Both the position numbers and the translations under genes were made by a program. From positions 1 through 35,279 of the forward strand of contig DATEQE010000163.1 of assembly GCA_035272825.1 (NCBI GenBank): DNA of 35,279 nucleotides. The letters run 5' to 3'. The stretch comes from Actinomycetota bacterium (GTDB lineage: Bacteria > Actinomycetota > UBA4738 > HRBIN12). Below the pieces are notes generated by a model. That model was given only the letters and a program-made list of their open reading frames with translations. It was not told where the DNA came from and made no database searches. Below, piece by piece: positions 33,872 through 35,279 of the stretch; the first letter of the stretch is position 1; every line of letters starts with the position of its first letter.

Positions 33872-33887
33872 TTGAATCATCGTTCAA
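33872..33887. promoter_or_regulatory. AT-rich palindrome upstream of isocitrate lyase (candidate operator)
   Basis: TTGAA-tcatcg-TTCAA, with perfect 5-bp arms, in an otherwise GC-rich 210-nt leader or promoter region. It lies 142 nt upstream of the aceA ATG. Confidence 0.3.
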
Positions 33888-34028
33888 CTTCGGTGCCGCC
33901 ACGCACGTACCCCTCGCCTGAGGGGCGTCGCCGCCGGCATCCGGCCCGTACGAACGCCCCCTTTCGACCCCTGCAGCCGCGGGGGTCATCCGTTATCCAT
34001 GCAGGTAACAGGGTAAGGAGGCAACGAC

Positions 34029-35279
34029 ATGATCGATCTCACGTACGACGAGCGGATCCACCGAGAAGCAGAGAACCTCCGCACCCATTGGGATTCCAGC
34101 CCGCGCTGGAGTGGGATCGAACGCACGCACTCGGCCGAGGACGTGATCGCGCTGCGGGGCTCGATCACCATCGAACACACCCTGGCGCGGCTCGGTGCCG
34201 AGCGCCTGTGGTGGCTCATGATGACCAGGGACTATGTCCAGGCCCTGGGCGCGCTCTCGGGCGGGCAGGCGGTGGAGATGGTCAAGGCGGGGCTCAATGC
34301 GATCTACGTCTCGGGGTGGCAGGTGGCGGCGGATGCGAACCTCGCCGGTCACACCTACCCAGATCAGTCGCTCTACCCCGTGAACAGCGTGCCGAGCCTG
34401 GTCCGCAGGATCAATAATGCGCTGCAACGCGCGGACCAGGTCGCCTGGTCCGAGGGCGACGAAGGCACCTACTGGATGGCGCCCGTCCTCGCCGACGCCG
34501 AGGCCGGGTTCGGCGGCGCCCTGAACACGTTCGAGCTCATGAAGGCGATGATCGAGAACGGCGCGGCGGGCGTGCACTTCGAGGACCAGCTCGCGAGCGA
34601 GAAGAAGTGCGGGCACCTCGGGGGCAAGGTGCTCGTTCCGACCTCGCAGTTCCTCAAGACCTTGAGCGCCGCCCGACTGGCCGCCGACGTCCTCGGCGTG
34701 CCGACCTTGCTCGTCGCCCGCACCGACGCCGAGTCCGCGACGCTGCTCACCAACGACGTCGACGAGGTCGACCGCCCGTTCGTCGTCGCCGGGGACCGGA
34801 CCCACGAGGGGTTCTTCCGGATCCGCAACGGCATCCAGACGGCGATCGCACGCGGGCTCGCGTACGCACCGTTCGCGGACGTGGTCTGGTGCGAGACCTC
34901 GACACCGGATCTCGACGAGGCGCGAGCATTCGCCGAGGCGATCCACGACCGGTTCCCCGGCAAACTTCTCGCATACAACTGCTCACCGAGCTTCAACTGG
35001 CGCAAGCACCTGGACGATGCGGCGATCGCGGGCTTCCAGCGCGAGCTGGGCGCGATGGGTTACCGCTTCCAGTTCATCACGCTCGCAGGTTTCCACGCGC
35101 TGAACGCATCGATGTTCGAGCTCGCCCACGCGTACGCCGACGAGGGCATGAGCGCGTACGTTCGGCTCCAAGATCGCGAGTTCGAGCTCGAGTCGCTCGG
35201 GTATTCGGCCACGCGCCATCAAGCCGAGGTCGGGACCGGCTACTTCGACCGCGTCTCCGAGGTCGTGAGCCGCGGCGCC
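34029..35279 (+). CDS. aceA: isocitrate lyase (3' end runs off the right edge; 417 codons visible)
   Basis: Absent from the ORF track because there is no stop in the window. ATG 34029 lies 7 nt after AAGGAGG (34015-34021). Sequence: [45 protein letters not shown]..., and the ICL signature [14 protein letters not shown] (KKCGH at 34602-34616). Confidence 0.93.
   Translation, partial: MIDLTYDERIHREAENLRTHWDSSPRWSGIERTHSAEDVIALRGSITIEHTLARLGAERLWWLMMTRDYVQALGALSGGQAVEMVKAGLNAIYVSGWQVAADANLAGHTYPDQSLYPVNSVPSLVRRINNALQRADQVAWSEGDEGTYWMAPVLADAEAGFGGALNTFELMKAMIENGAAGVHFEDQLASEKKCGHLGGKVLVPTSQFLKTLSAARLAADVLGVPTLLVARTDAESATLLTNDVDEVDRPFVVAGDRTHEGFFRIRNGIQTAIARGLAYAPFADVVWCETSTPDLDEARAFAEAIHDRFPGKLLAYNCSPSFNWRKHLDDAAIAGFQRELGAMGYRFQFITLAGFHALNASMFELAHAYADEGMSAYVRLQDREFELESLGYSATRHQAEVGTGYFDRVSEVVSRGA

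Noticed and set aside
33644-34417. 257-aa plus-strand ORF spanning the aceA upstream region.
   Set aside because: It is out of frame with, and overlapping, the clearly real isocitrate lyase gene. Its composition is R/P/G-rich junk.

Overview
This is a very GC-rich, actinobacterium-like chromosomal segment; third codon positions are almost all G/C. It reads as core and metabolic DNA, not as an obvious accessory island.

Gene content, left to right:
- Purine catabolism: an allantoicase/OHCU-decarboxylase fusion running off the left edge, allantoinase, and a divergent 8-oxoguanine-deaminase-like amidohydrolase.
- A frameshifted conserved hypothetical gene and a decayed rpe-like ORF.
- galT-galK.
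- An L-arabinose regulon: araD, a divergent lipoprotein SBP-ATPase-permease-araA operon, and a convergent LacI-type repressor-araB pair.
- tRNA-Ser(UGA), with a 37-nt copy of its 5' part 1.7 kb away.
- A five-PAS protein with no output domain.
- A DUF4446-bactofilin-serS operon.
- A truncated LarC1-like gene and tRNA-Leu(CAG).
- The actinobacterial fhaA-fhaB-pstP-rodA-pbpA-pknB cluster, followed by a double-length ThyX-like gene.
- An ATP-dependent DNA ligase.
- Isocitrate lyase running off the right edge.

Caveats on the ORF track: the two edge genes are absent from it because they have no stop codon inside the window. Many of the longest track ORFs (for example 26041..29559-, 4993..7638-, 2404..4962+) are high-GC antisense or off-frame artefacts.

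I found no CRISPR array, transposase, integrase, toxin-antitoxin pair or recognisable defence genes, so I cannot point to a convincing new multi-gene system. The observations most worth a second look are:
- the tRNA-Ser 5'-half direct repeat bracketing a 1.7-kb segment that is mostly non-coding;
- the output-less five-PAS protein, which seems cut off at the start of a sixth repeat;
- an 18-nt tandem repeat between rodA and pbpA that forms an in-frame stop/start relay;
- the LarC1-only gene;
- the ThyX-like pseudo-dimer, with the ThyX motif split between its halves.

All product calls rest on my own reading of the translations. No database search was run.
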